Virus record (IMG/VR): IMGVR_UViG_3300042868_013692
Direction: 5' to 3' (one strand)
Length of the DNA stretch: 20,000 nt
Source of the DNA: an uncultured virus (IMG/VR IMGVR_UViG_3300042868_013692)
Lineage: Duplodnaviria > Heunggongvirae > Uroviricota > Caudoviricetes
Shown piece by piece: positions 1 through 7,864 of this stretch; the stretch's first letter is position 1, and each line of letters starts with the position of its first letter. The translations under genes and the position numbers were made by a program. The notes beneath the pieces are model-generated. The model had not been told where the DNA came from, did no database searches, and saw only the letters and a program-made list of their open reading frames with translations.

Positions 1-48
1 TTGAGCCGTCTTTTAATACTAAAGCCATAATATTCCTCTGTTTTTTGA

Positions 49-3000
49 TTATGCGATCGCTAATGCAGCCTGTTCTACGGCTTTTAATTCTGGTGTAGTC
101 ATGTAATTATTATAGGCAGCCAAGAAACTCATATTCCCGATAAATGTGCGATCATTTACACCATCTCCGCCAATACATTGGTATCCCTGGCTGCCAACAC
201 GATTACCAAAGCCTCTGCCTGTGTAAGAAGGGTGTAGTTCCGATCCAATATTCACACTGTCGACTCTTAGTGACGCTTTCCCAGTATTAGGGTTAAAAGT
301 TGCCGAAACAACAGCCCAAGTCCCATTTTTTCCGTATTCTTTGAATAGATTATATTGCTGGTTATTCGCACCGTAATTCGCTAGTAATAAACTATTATAA
401 ACAAACCCAAACACAGCTAGATTCCCTAGCGTCAAAATGTATTGAAATACTCTTCCGTTCGTGCGATTAATAACCGCAACGCAGGTAAATCCACGAGATA
501 TGTCAATTGGGCTTGAATCAGGCAAAACAAGCCTTTTGTGATTGTCCGTAAACCTGATTGTCGGCAGACCTCTTCGCAAAGCAGTCCCATCCGATGTTGG
601 ATTTTGACCTGTGGGAGCAACAACGTCATTTCCGTATCCACTCTGATCATTCCAACGAGTGACAATATTCCCAGCGTCAACAATCACCCCAGTATCATGG
701 CGTAGTAGCAATACAGGTCTGTAGACGTTTGCAAAAGTGGCTTGCGCTGGGGCTATTCGTGGTTCATCGCCTTTAACAATCATGTACTGAGGAATGGTTA
801 TTGTTTTACCAGCGTCCGCAGAGTTACAGATTAAAGTTCCGGTAGATCCATTCACCACGATTTCGTTAATTGCTGGGACAATAGCATCATTGGTGCGGAC
901 TGTCGCTGGAGTTCCATAGCCTGATATTTGGGCAGAGATAGGAATAACTTCTACATCAAGCCATCTAAAAGAAGGATCTGGGTTAGAACCACCGGCAGAA
1001 GATTTGCTCACTATTGCAGAATAAGGTTCTGCTGTAGAAATGGTAAGAGTTTCAGATACCGTTATTAATTCCGTTGGGCGCAAGTATGTTGATGCTTTAA
1101 TTGATACATTGTTGATATTGTCTTTTAGTACACCCAAGCAAACCACCTGAGTGTACCAATTCCCAGAAACAAAGCCTAAATTACCCAATTCTGTGAAATT
1201 AATAGTTAGTCCATCAATCAAGGTTTCCGTTGCTGCATGAGTCGGCTTGCCAGTTCTAGTAGCTTGAACCCATGCCGTGCCATTCCATGTTGGATCTGCC
1301 GACACCCAGGACGAAGTCCCCGGATTCCAGTGGAATGTCTCCCACACAAAGGGATTAAATACATTGCTCGTGTTTATTCCTGCACCAGTAATTCCTGTTA
1401 TTCTGTTTGCGTTGCCATATTTGTATATATAGTCACCGCTTTTATCCTTTTTCGATCCAAAAAATAGTCCATCGCCCAACCAGCAAACACTATCCCATAT
1501 ACTGTTGTATCTACTGTCTACCTCTGTCTGGTGCTGAAATAGAGTTGTTTTCCCTTCTTTAATGAATTTACCCGACAAGAGATACCCATTCTCGTCCAAT
1601 ATCGGAGTATCTCCTAGCAAGCCACTTGAATCGAAATCATTGTTGACAATCCATTCGCTAGTTGTTGTACCAAAAGTGAGAAGTATCCCTGAGTGTGTCC
1701 ACGTAGGGGTGGGGATGCTTGCGCTATACCATTGTCCTTTAGGAGAGGAAACGAGATATTTGGGCGAAGCTTGCCGTAGCGACAAAGCATTTGTATTAGT
1801 TGCTCCAGCAACACCAAATCCGTATCCGTTGGCAATACCACCAGATAAAGTCCACCACCATACAAGTGCGTTGTTATTTGATTGAGTGCCGAATAGAGCT
1901 ATTCTATTGGGTGCTGATTTGTCGGCAGTGATAAACCAAAGAGATCGATTGTCGCTTGAGTTGAGGTTTGATAGAGGGAATGTGAAAGTTAAATTTGTGT
2001 TCCAGTCTTGGCTATTTCGCAGGGTGAAAATTGCTCCATCCCAAAATAATGCGTACAGAATATTAGAGAATCCAGCACTAACACTTCGACACCCTGTAGT
2101 GACCAAATTAATAACTGCTGAGGAATTTCCAGGCGTTATTTCCCATAATCCGGTATTGTCACAGGCCGCATATATTTTCCCAGTCGCCAGAACAAATTCC
2201 ACATGACGAAGTGCTGTGACAGGCAAGGAAGGTTGTGTGCTGGAGTCCCAATCCTGGTGATCTCCATTGACAAGATTTATTATGCTTATCCCTGTACTGT
2301 CATGTCTGATAATTTGAGTTTTACTGTAGGCAATATCATGAGTTGTCTCTCCCGTGCCAGCATGATATCTGGGATAAGGCTTTCCGTTTGCAAGATTATT
2401 TTGGTGGGTAAAGATTGTTGCTAGTTCTATGTAATTAAAAGCATTGTCGTTGAAATGTGTCACTCTGCTTCTTTGAAAAACATAAGTAGCAGTACCTATA
2501 GAGCCAGAGTTTAGGATCTCAATTCTGTAAAGTTCGGGAAAATTATCCGCCCAAGAGCCTTGTATATTTGGTTTTCCACTGCCACTAGCCAAGTTGTTGC
2601 TATCTTGGAAAGGTAATGTGGCACTATTCCCATGTGAAAACATATTTTGGAACGGCGTGGATGTAGATTGATAATTAATGCTGCCAAATAGTTTACTTAC
2701 AGTTCTCCCGGCAATTCGATCTCTTGACGGTTCTGCTTGATATCCAGTCCCTATCATCGTGTAATATCTGCCTACCGATTTTGTATTTGGCACTGAAGCG
2801 ACAAAATCATATCGAGCTGCACCATACGCCTGTGTATGAACTTCCTCAGAATCATCGCTAAATTTGCGTACACCATCCCCATATACAAAAAAGTTAAGGC
2901 AAGACTTATTTGCCTCTTTAAAATTGCCATAAAGTAGCGGGAAAACAAAGTTGCGGATAGATGTATAAAAAGTTGAGTTCCACGAAAATCCATTCGCTCT

Positions 3001-3666
3001 ATTTATGGCATAAATCATGTCTTGGGAAATAGCAGGAACATTGTTATAGCCAGAGTAACTGCTAGGAAGCCTGATTCGGTAAGTAACGTCAATGATTTCA
3101 TTCTTTTTCTGCTGGATGTTAGAGCCAATATCTATATAAGCCCATATAGCACCAGATGTTCCACTGTTAGCTTGAGCGGCTGTGTGATCAATTGCTGAAG
3201 CGATGTTAGTTAATGCTATCGTTCTGAAAAATCGGTCAAAAGCAATGTTGGAGGGATACAAAGATCCCACAAATCCCAGTCTTTGTGATATTGTTATTTC
3301 TTCAACTATTCCATCATTATTGAAATCAATATAATTAGTTTTTGGACCAATGTTAATGGTATCCGTACTCGCAGTCCCAATAAAGTTACCAATCCAAAAT
3401 AAACTACGCTTCCCATTCCCAGGTGCTTCTGTGGAAAAAGAAATATTAAGTGAGGTTAGCCAAGGCAATATTATTCCTCCATAACCAATGTATTCATTTG
3501 CGTATGTACTATGTCTAGCGGTATAAGCTTCATTTATGAAACGATCAGTAATTGTATTTTCCTGTGTAATAGTTTGCCGAACCTCAAGAGTTTTAGCGTC
3601 TTTAATTTCTATTGTAAATTCGCCTTCTAATCCACCAAAATAATTAACAATTTGATTATTTTTCAT
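49..3666 (-). CDS. Large virion tail/baseplate-associated protein with C-terminal LamG/ConA-like domain
   Basis: 1205-aa ORF rich in G/T/S/N/W. N-terminus GEFTIEIKD...QENTITD resembles phage tail structural proteins; C-terminus LLLRHDTG...VTRWNDQSGYGND...LPTIRF resembles LamG-like jelly-rolls. Tightly linked to a fibre gene. Confidence 0.7.
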   Translation of the reverse strand: MKNNQIVNYFGGLEGEFTIEIKDAKTLEVRQTITQENTITDRFINEAYTARHSTYANEYIGYGGIILPWLTSLNISFSTEAPGNGKRSLFWIGNFIGTASTDTINIGPKTNYIDFNNDGIVEEITISQRLGFVGSLYPSNIAFDRFFRTIALTNIASAIDHTAAQANSGTSGAIWAYIDIGSNIQQKKNEIIDVTYRIRLPSSYSGYNNVPAISQDMIYAINRANGFSWNSTFYTSIRNFVFPLLYGNFKEANKSCLNFFVYGDGVRKFSDDSEEVHTQAYGAARYDFVASVPNTKSVGRYYTMIGTGYQAEPSRDRIAGRTVSKLFGSINYQSTSTPFQNMFSHGNSATLPFQDSNNLASGSGKPNIQGSWADNFPELYRIEILNSGSIGTATYVFQRSRVTHFNDNAFNYIELATIFTHQNNLANGKPYPRYHAGTGETTHDIAYSKTQIIRHDSTGISIINLVNGDHQDWDSSTQPSLPVTALRHVEFVLATGKIYAACDNTGLWEITPGNSSAVINLVTTGCRSVSAGFSNILYALFWDGAIFTLRNSQDWNTNLTFTFPLSNLNSSDNRSLWFITADKSAPNRIALFGTQSNNNALVWWWTLSGGIANGYGFGVAGATNTNALSLRQASPKYLVSSPKGQWYSASIPTPTWTHSGILLTFGTTTSEWIVNNDFDSSGLLGDTPILDENGYLLSGKFIKEGKTTLFQHQTEVDSRYNSIWDSVCWLGDGLFFGSKKDKSGDYIYKYGNANRITGITGAGINTSNVFNPFVWETFHWNPGTSSWVSADPTWNGTAWVQATRTGKPTHAATETLIDGLTINFTELGNLGFVSGNWYTQVVCLGVLKDNINNVSIKASTYLRPTELITVSETLTISTAEPYSAIVSKSSAGGSNPDPSFRWLDVEVIPISAQISGYGTPATVRTNDAIVPAINEIVVNGSTGTLICNSADAGKTITIPQYMIVKGDEPRIAPAQATFANVYRPVLLLRHDTGVIVDAGNIVTRWNDQSGYGNDVVAPTGQNPTSDGTALRRGLPTIRFTDNHKRLVLPDSSPIDISRGFTCVAVINRTNGRVFQYILTLGNLAVFGFVYNSLLLANYGANNQQYNLFKEYGKNGTWAVVSATFNPNTGKASLRVDSVNIGSELHPSYTGRGFGNRVGSQGYQCIGGDGVNDRTFIGNMSFLAAYNNYMTTPELKAVEQAALAIA

Positions 3667-3672
3667 GATTTT

Positions 3673-4425
3673 TTAGTTAAAAATTGTTCCTGCTGTAGAC
3701 CAAGTATACTGATTATTTGTTGTTGTTGTAGAGCTAATAAAGCTAGAGGTCTCTGCTATTTCGCCTAACGCATCTCTTTGAGAAATAGATGTAAAGAAGA
3801 AAACATCATTATTTGTCGTTGTAGTCTCAACTGGAAAAATTGAAGCCTCAAGCAGCGGTGATTCATAGGATTGGGTTGAAATTCCCGTATAGAAATAAAC
3901 ATCAGAATTTATGATTGAATTAACTCCAGCAAAGATGGATGCTTCAGCAGCTAATCCAGACACAACACCCGCTCCTATGAATCCAAGATCGGAAGGAGCT
4001 TCGTAAATTGGACTTGTTTTTATTTCCTGGTTTACATAATTATCAGCCTTGAAATATCCGACCAATCTGTAATTAGCTTTTACTCCAAAAATCCTCCTAA
4101 ATATCATATCTGTAGAAGTGTGGTAAAGCTTGTATTCCCCATCTAAATTCGCCCACACCTCTACTTTTGTTAAAAATTGACTCAGAAGTGACGGCATTAC
4201 GAAATATGCTGGTAGTTTTAGTGGGTCTGGCAAAACTATGATTGATGAATCAATTGCATCAATCCTTGGTAATGGATGTGAGCCAAGAATTAGCTGAGGT
4301 AATGCCATCGCATCTGGCGTAATTTCTAATAATTGATTTTGCAATATAGAAGGGACGGGCAAAGGCGCATAAAGTTTTTTATTGAAACCAATATCTGGGC
4401 GTTTCCACAAAAGATGTCTAAACAT
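3673..4425 (-). CDS. Hypothetical, probably virion structural protein
   Basis: 250-aa ORF packed between two tail genes (2- and 6-nt gaps); weak internal repeat EASIF...N(S/N)DV(Y/F)F(Y/F)T.IS. Confidence 0.65.
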   Translation of the reverse strand: MFRHLLWKRPDIGFNKKLYAPLPVPSILQNQLLEITPDAMALPQLILGSHPLPRIDAIDSSIIVLPDPLKLPAYFVMPSLLSQFLTKVEVWANLDGEYKLYHTSTDMIFRRIFGVKANYRLVGYFKADNYVNQEIKTSPIYEAPSDLGFIGAGVVSGLAAEASIFAGVNSIINSDVYFYTGISTQSYESPLLEASIFPVETTTTNNDVFFFTSISQRDALGEIAETSSFISSTTTTNNQYTWSTAGTIFN

Positions 4426-4427
4426 AA

Positions 4428-5885
4428 TCAGAAATCATTATTCATTACACAATACAAAATGTTGTCGCATGCAAACGAAGATATAATATCAACGCCATCA
4501 ATCGTAAATTCTGGAACTAATTTATTTGCAAACTTAAAAACACTTGGATCTAGTGTTAAGTTTCTGTCAAAACTATCTGAAAAAAACATAAAAATATAGC
4601 TCGCGCCTTGTACAAAATTTGTGCAAGTCAAGAAAGCATTAGAAAGATTTAAATTCACAATAAAGATATTGTTTTTGCCTAAATTTATGGACGTATTCGC
4701 TACTAGAGTGACGTTTACAATTGAAAATGGCGCAGAATTTAAAACTCCCAATACGTTTATTGTAAAATCATTGCCGACAATGATACCACCAAGTGTTGAT
4801 GTTGTGGCAATTGGTATGTCTAAATTAATATTGTCCTGGATATAATTTATGTCAACGGCAGTTAAGCCAGTGGCATCAACATCAAGCCCGTTACCGACAA
4901 TGATACCACCAAGTGCTGATGTTGTGGCAATTGGTATGTCTAAATTAATATTGTCCTGGATATAATTTATGTCAACGGCAGTTAAGCCAGTGGCATCAAC
5001 ATCAAGCCCGTCGCCGACAATGATACCACCAAGTGCTGATGTTGTGGCAATTGGTATGTCTAAATTAATATTGTCCTGGATATAATTTATGTCAACGGCA
5101 GTTAAGCCAGTGGCATCAACATCAAGCCCGTCGCCGACAATGACACCACCAAGTGTTGATGTTGTGGCAGGAACTAGGCCTCCACCTCCGTTGAATATTA
5201 AGTCAACGGGTATCCATTTTGAGCGATCGCTTGGTAATATGCCAACAATTCCATCATCTCTGCACACATAGCGGAAACCATTGTAAAGAACGGTATTTCC
5301 GACTCTGTATAGCTGAGTCCCGCTATAGTTTGATGTTGGAATTACTATTTCTAACATTGTCGCTAAAAATGCGGGATCTTTTTTAAGAATGTCTGCCACT
5401 TGCTTTGCCGTTTGAGGAGTTCTATCGTTCCAAAATCCAGTTTTTTCTAGGTCTGCAAAATCAACAGAATTCTTGTTGGGTATGGCAGCATAAAAAACCG
5501 GTTCTACCTCTACCTCTTCTGTATTGGTTTTCTTGTTTAAATGTATACTTTCATTTGTCCAAACATATCCAACATAATATTCGTTTTCGTGAAGAATATA
5601 CGGCAACTCGCCATCGTAACCATAGAAGTCACCATTGTCATAGTAAAAAGAGTTCGTGGTTGCTTTCTGAAAAATAGAAAAACTGTAAACCTGTTTTCTA
5701 GTTTCGGATTCAGGAAGTTCTAGTGAAAATCTTCCATTTATAATTTCGGCATCAAACTGAAGGGGAAGTGAAACTTTTTTTGGAGACTGAACACCGGAAA
5801 TTAGCGGCTGTAAAAGCTGAATTCTCAGAAAGCCGTTTATTGGATTTGACCCAGCATCTGCTATGTTTCCGCTTAAAAGTGTCAT
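4428..5885 (-). CDS. Tail fibre-like protein with 40-aa repeats and a CBM5/12-like motif
   Basis: 485 aa. Four ATTS(T/A)LGG(V/I)IVG units typical of phage fibre repeats; YSGTQLYRVGNTVLYNGFRYVC...W resembles a carbohydrate-binding module; small beta-rich C-terminal tip. Confidence 0.75.
   Translation of the reverse strand: MTLLSGNIADAGSNPINGFLRIQLLQPLISGVQSPKKVSLPLQFDAEIINGRFSLELPESETRKQVYSFSIFQKATTNSFYYDNGDFYGYDGELPYILHENEYYVGYVWTNESIHLNKKTNTEEVEVEPVFYAAIPNKNSVDFADLEKTGFWNDRTPQTAKQVADILKKDPAFLATMLEIVIPTSNYSGTQLYRVGNTVLYNGFRYVCRDDGIVGILPSDRSKWIPVDLIFNGGGGLVPATTSTLGGVIVGDGLDVDATGLTAVDINYIQDNINLDIPIATTSALGGIIVGDGLDVDATGLTAVDINYIQDNINLDIPIATTSALGGIIVGNGLDVDATGLTAVDINYIQDNINLDIPIATTSTLGGIIVGNDFTINVLGVLNSAPFSIVNVTLVANTSINLGKNNIFIVNLNLSNAFLTCTNFVQGASYIFMFFSDSFDRNLTLDPSVFKFANKLVPEFTIDGVDIISSFACDNILYCVMNNDF
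4773..5169. repeat. 120-bp tandem repeat, about 3.3 copies, inside the fibre gene
   Basis: Units start at about 4773, 4893, 5013 and 5133 (ccgacaatgataccaccaagtg...) and differ by only a few substitutions. Confidence 0.97.
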
Positions 5886-5936
5886 AAATATAAAATTATT
5901 TGTAAAATTATTATATTATTTTAGCGCAAAATTATC

Positions 5937-6287
5937 ATGGTAGAAAGAGCAACACCAAAATATCCAATACAGGTTTCAAATGGCAGAATTATGCTTTCTA
6001 CAGGAACAGATATTGAGAAGGATGCCATATTTAGCGTACTGGAAACAAGACAATATGAGCGTGTTATGCGACCACTTTCCTATGGAACTAAAAGCTATAT
6101 TTTCGATACAACCTCTGCTACATCTGTAATACCCGCGAGGGTTGAGGTGGCACTGCGATCGCAAATACCAAACCTTAGTAAAATCCAGGTCACCGGAAGC
6201 TTTGATGAAAGTGGTGTTCAACAATTAAAAATTTATTGGGAGGACAAGGATTTTAGGAAAAACGATCTCAAGCTATCTGTCTCTTAG
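5937..6287 (+). CDS. GPW/gp25-family baseplate wedge protein
   Basis: 116 aa with YPIQV.NG, AIFSVLETRQYERVMRP.SYGT and ALRSQIP, matching the gp25 pattern (ILxTxxGERxMRPxYG); indicates a contractile tail. Confidence 0.85.
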   Translation: MVERATPKYPIQVSNGRIMLSTGTDIEKDAIFSVLETRQYERVMRPLSYGTKSYIFDTTSATSVIPARVEVALRSQIPNLSKIQVTGSFDESGVQQLKIYWEDKDFRKNDLKLSVS

Positions 6288-6294
6288 TTTCGTG

Positions 6295-6668
6295 TTACAG
6301 ACGTATTACAAGAGTTTTAAATACAGGCGTGTGTTTGCACAATATATTGATTTTAATCAAAAATAAAGTAAAGGGAAGATGATCACTTTCTTATAGGAAA
6401 CTGCCCTTTTTTCTTTGTATCTTCCCTTTACTTTTGACACGCTTTATGTTATACTCCGCCACAGATTTTTCAACGAGAGAATGCGGGTTTGAGGCGTGTT
6501 ACAAGATTCGTGTTTTGGCGGCATTGTGACAGGTTGGAAGCGAATGCCAGTTTTGTGGTTTTGGGGACGGCGTTGGGGAGAATGCAACTAAAACCGGAAA
6601 CCTTGCTGTGCGGGGATTACAATATGTTTCTAGCCTGTGTGGATATATCGGCACACCAAATTTTTAGC
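6295..6668 (+). ncRNA. Structured non-coding element, copy 1 (putative ncRNA or single-strand DNA signal)
   Basis: About 90% identical to 17989-18200 over the first ~213 nt, with weaker similarity to 18360. Several hairpins, e.g. perfect 16-bp arms 6365-6380/6419-6434; substitutions mostly keep pairing. Confidence 0.6.
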
Positions 6669-6702
6669 GTGATCGCAACATAAAAATATTTTTCAGAAAC
6701 AC

Positions 6703-6731
6703 TTGACTTTTGTTGTTAGCCATAGTATTAT
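6703..6731 (+). promoter_or_regulatory. Sigma70-type promoter
   Basis: TTGACT-N17-TATTAT, then an A-rich leader and ATG at 6764. Confidence 0.75.
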
Positions 6732-6763
6732 ATTTACAGAAACAAACACAGAAAGAGAGAAAT

Positions 6764-6988
6764 ATGGTAGGCAAAAAAATCACAAAAGTAACCCAAGAGA
6801 ATTATGACACCGTGTGGGAAAAGCTAGAGGTTGGCGACATTATTACATGGAGCAAACAGTTTGCGTTCCATGATATGAAATTCCACTGTAGGAGAATTAC
6901 GGACGACAAAAAAAGCTGTATGCAGACTGGCACAACAGGCAGTAAGTCGGCAGTAATATGTTTAGTAAAAGAGAAAAAAGCGGCTTAA
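6764..6988 (+). CDS. Small hypothetical phage protein (74 aa)
   Basis: ATG at 6764 lies downstream of the promoter; ORF is followed by a hairpin. Confidence 0.65.
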   Translation: MVGKKITKVTQENYDTVWEKLEVGDIITWSKQFAFHDMKFHCRRITDDKKSCMQTGTTGSKSAVICLVKEKKAA

Positions 6989-6996
6989 CCTTTATG

Positions 6997-7050
6997 TAAA
7001 AGTCAAGCTGTATTTCACAAATTAATTTATAAAATACAGCTTGACTTTTA
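6997..7050 (+). terminator. 19-bp perfect inverted repeat, probable terminator overlapping the next -35 box
   Basis: taaaagtcaagctgtattt (6997-7015) / aaatacagcttgactttta (7032-7050), just after the 6988 stop. Confidence 0.65.
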
Positions 7051-7069
7051 TTGTTGTCCACAGTAATAT
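7041..7069 (+). promoter_or_regulatory. Sigma70-type promoter
   Basis: TTGACT-N17-TAATAT, A-rich leader, ATG at 7101. Confidence 0.7.
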
Positions 7070-7100
7070 AGATGCAGTAGAAAAAAACAAAAAAACGAAA

Positions 7101-7379
7101 ATGAGTAAAACACAAATTACGCACGAAGATGCTACAACGGAATTGTTAAGGGGGAAACAAATAATAGTAAAAATTCACGATGGTGAATTTAAATACAAAT
7201 TTGTGACAGGCTCTAGCGACACTTCATACTTAGAGATAATTTCTCCCAATGGCAGCTTATTTAGTAAACGGGCTATCGAAAGGACTGATCTTCCTAAGAG
7301 AATGGAAGAAGCAAATTCTCTTCCTCACGTTACATTTTGGACAAAAGATATAGTTGTACAAGAAGCGGAGAAATTATGA
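7101..7379 (+). CDS. Small hypothetical phage protein (92 aa)
   Basis: ATG after the promoter; ATGA overlap with the next ORF. Confidence 0.7.
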   Translation: MSKTQITHEDATTELLRGKQIIVKIHDGEFKYKFVTGSSDTSYLEIISPNGSLFSKRAIERTDLPKRMEEANSLPHVTFWTKDIVVQEAEKL

Positions 7380-7615
7380 AAAAAACAAGGCGACAATTAA
7401 CGCCTCAAGAACATAGACTTAGGGAGTATGTATTGGTTTTAAAAGACTTGCAGACTTTAGTAAATATGGAGTTAGAAAATTTTTATGAAATTCCAACAAC
7501 TAAAGACTTGTTGCCTCCATTAAAATCAGTTCCAGAAACTGCTCTAAGGTTAATAGTTGCATCGGAAAGATATAGAGGGTTTCTGGAAGCGCAAGAAGGG
7601 AAAGAAAGTCTCTGA
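7376..7615 (+). CDS. Small hypothetical protein (79 aa)
   Basis: ATGA coupling at 7376-7379 with the previous gene. Confidence 0.65.
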   Translation: MKKTRRQLTPQEHRLREYVLVLKDLQTLVNMELENFYEIPTTKDLLPPLKSVPETALRLIVASERYRGFLEAQEGKESL

Positions 7616-7810
7616 TTCTCTGTAATAATTTCGATAGCAGCATTAAAAAGCTGGCAAGCTGATTTAACAGTTTTTAACTGGTCAGCCTCACACACAATAA
7701 TAATCCCACACGCAGGTATTTTAGATTGAATCCCCATAGACTCAAGTGCTTTAACTATCGCTAGAGCATTGGTGTATGAACCTGCGGAAATAAAAACAAT
7801 TTACGTACAT

Positions 7811-7864
7811 ATATTTTAATGTAGTATAACGTTATTATAATAGCGTTATACTACATTAAAATAT
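7811..7864. repeat. 54-bp near-perfect loopless palindrome overlapping the terminase start codon
   Basis: 21-bp perfect arms (7811-7831/7844-7864), one T/G mismatch, palindromic core TATTATAATA. Confidence 0.95.

Noticed and set aside
432..2993. Short alternative-frame and antisense ORFs within the 1205-aa gene (and similar ones in other long genes)
   Set aside because: Shadow ORFs without recognisable motifs or expression signals.
4773..5169. CRISPR array or diversity-generating retroelement repeats
   Set aside because: Contiguous in-frame coding repeats with no spacers, no adenine-specific variation and no reverse transcriptase.
6520..6668. CRISPR leader (AAACCTTGCTGTGCGGGGATT resembles cyanobacterial leader-type motifs)
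   Set aside because: No repeat-spacer array or cas gene follows either copy.
6489..6683. 64-aa ORF, and the 70- and 98-aa ORFs at 18188-18400 and 18136-18432
   Set aside because: They lie inside the duplicated element; the peptides are poorly conserved between copies while base pairing is kept.
7483..7810. Minus-strand gene diverging from the 54-bp palindrome
   Set aside because: Needs a frameshift right after the ATG at 7810 and overlaps the convergent ORF by over 130 nt; possible but too weak to call.
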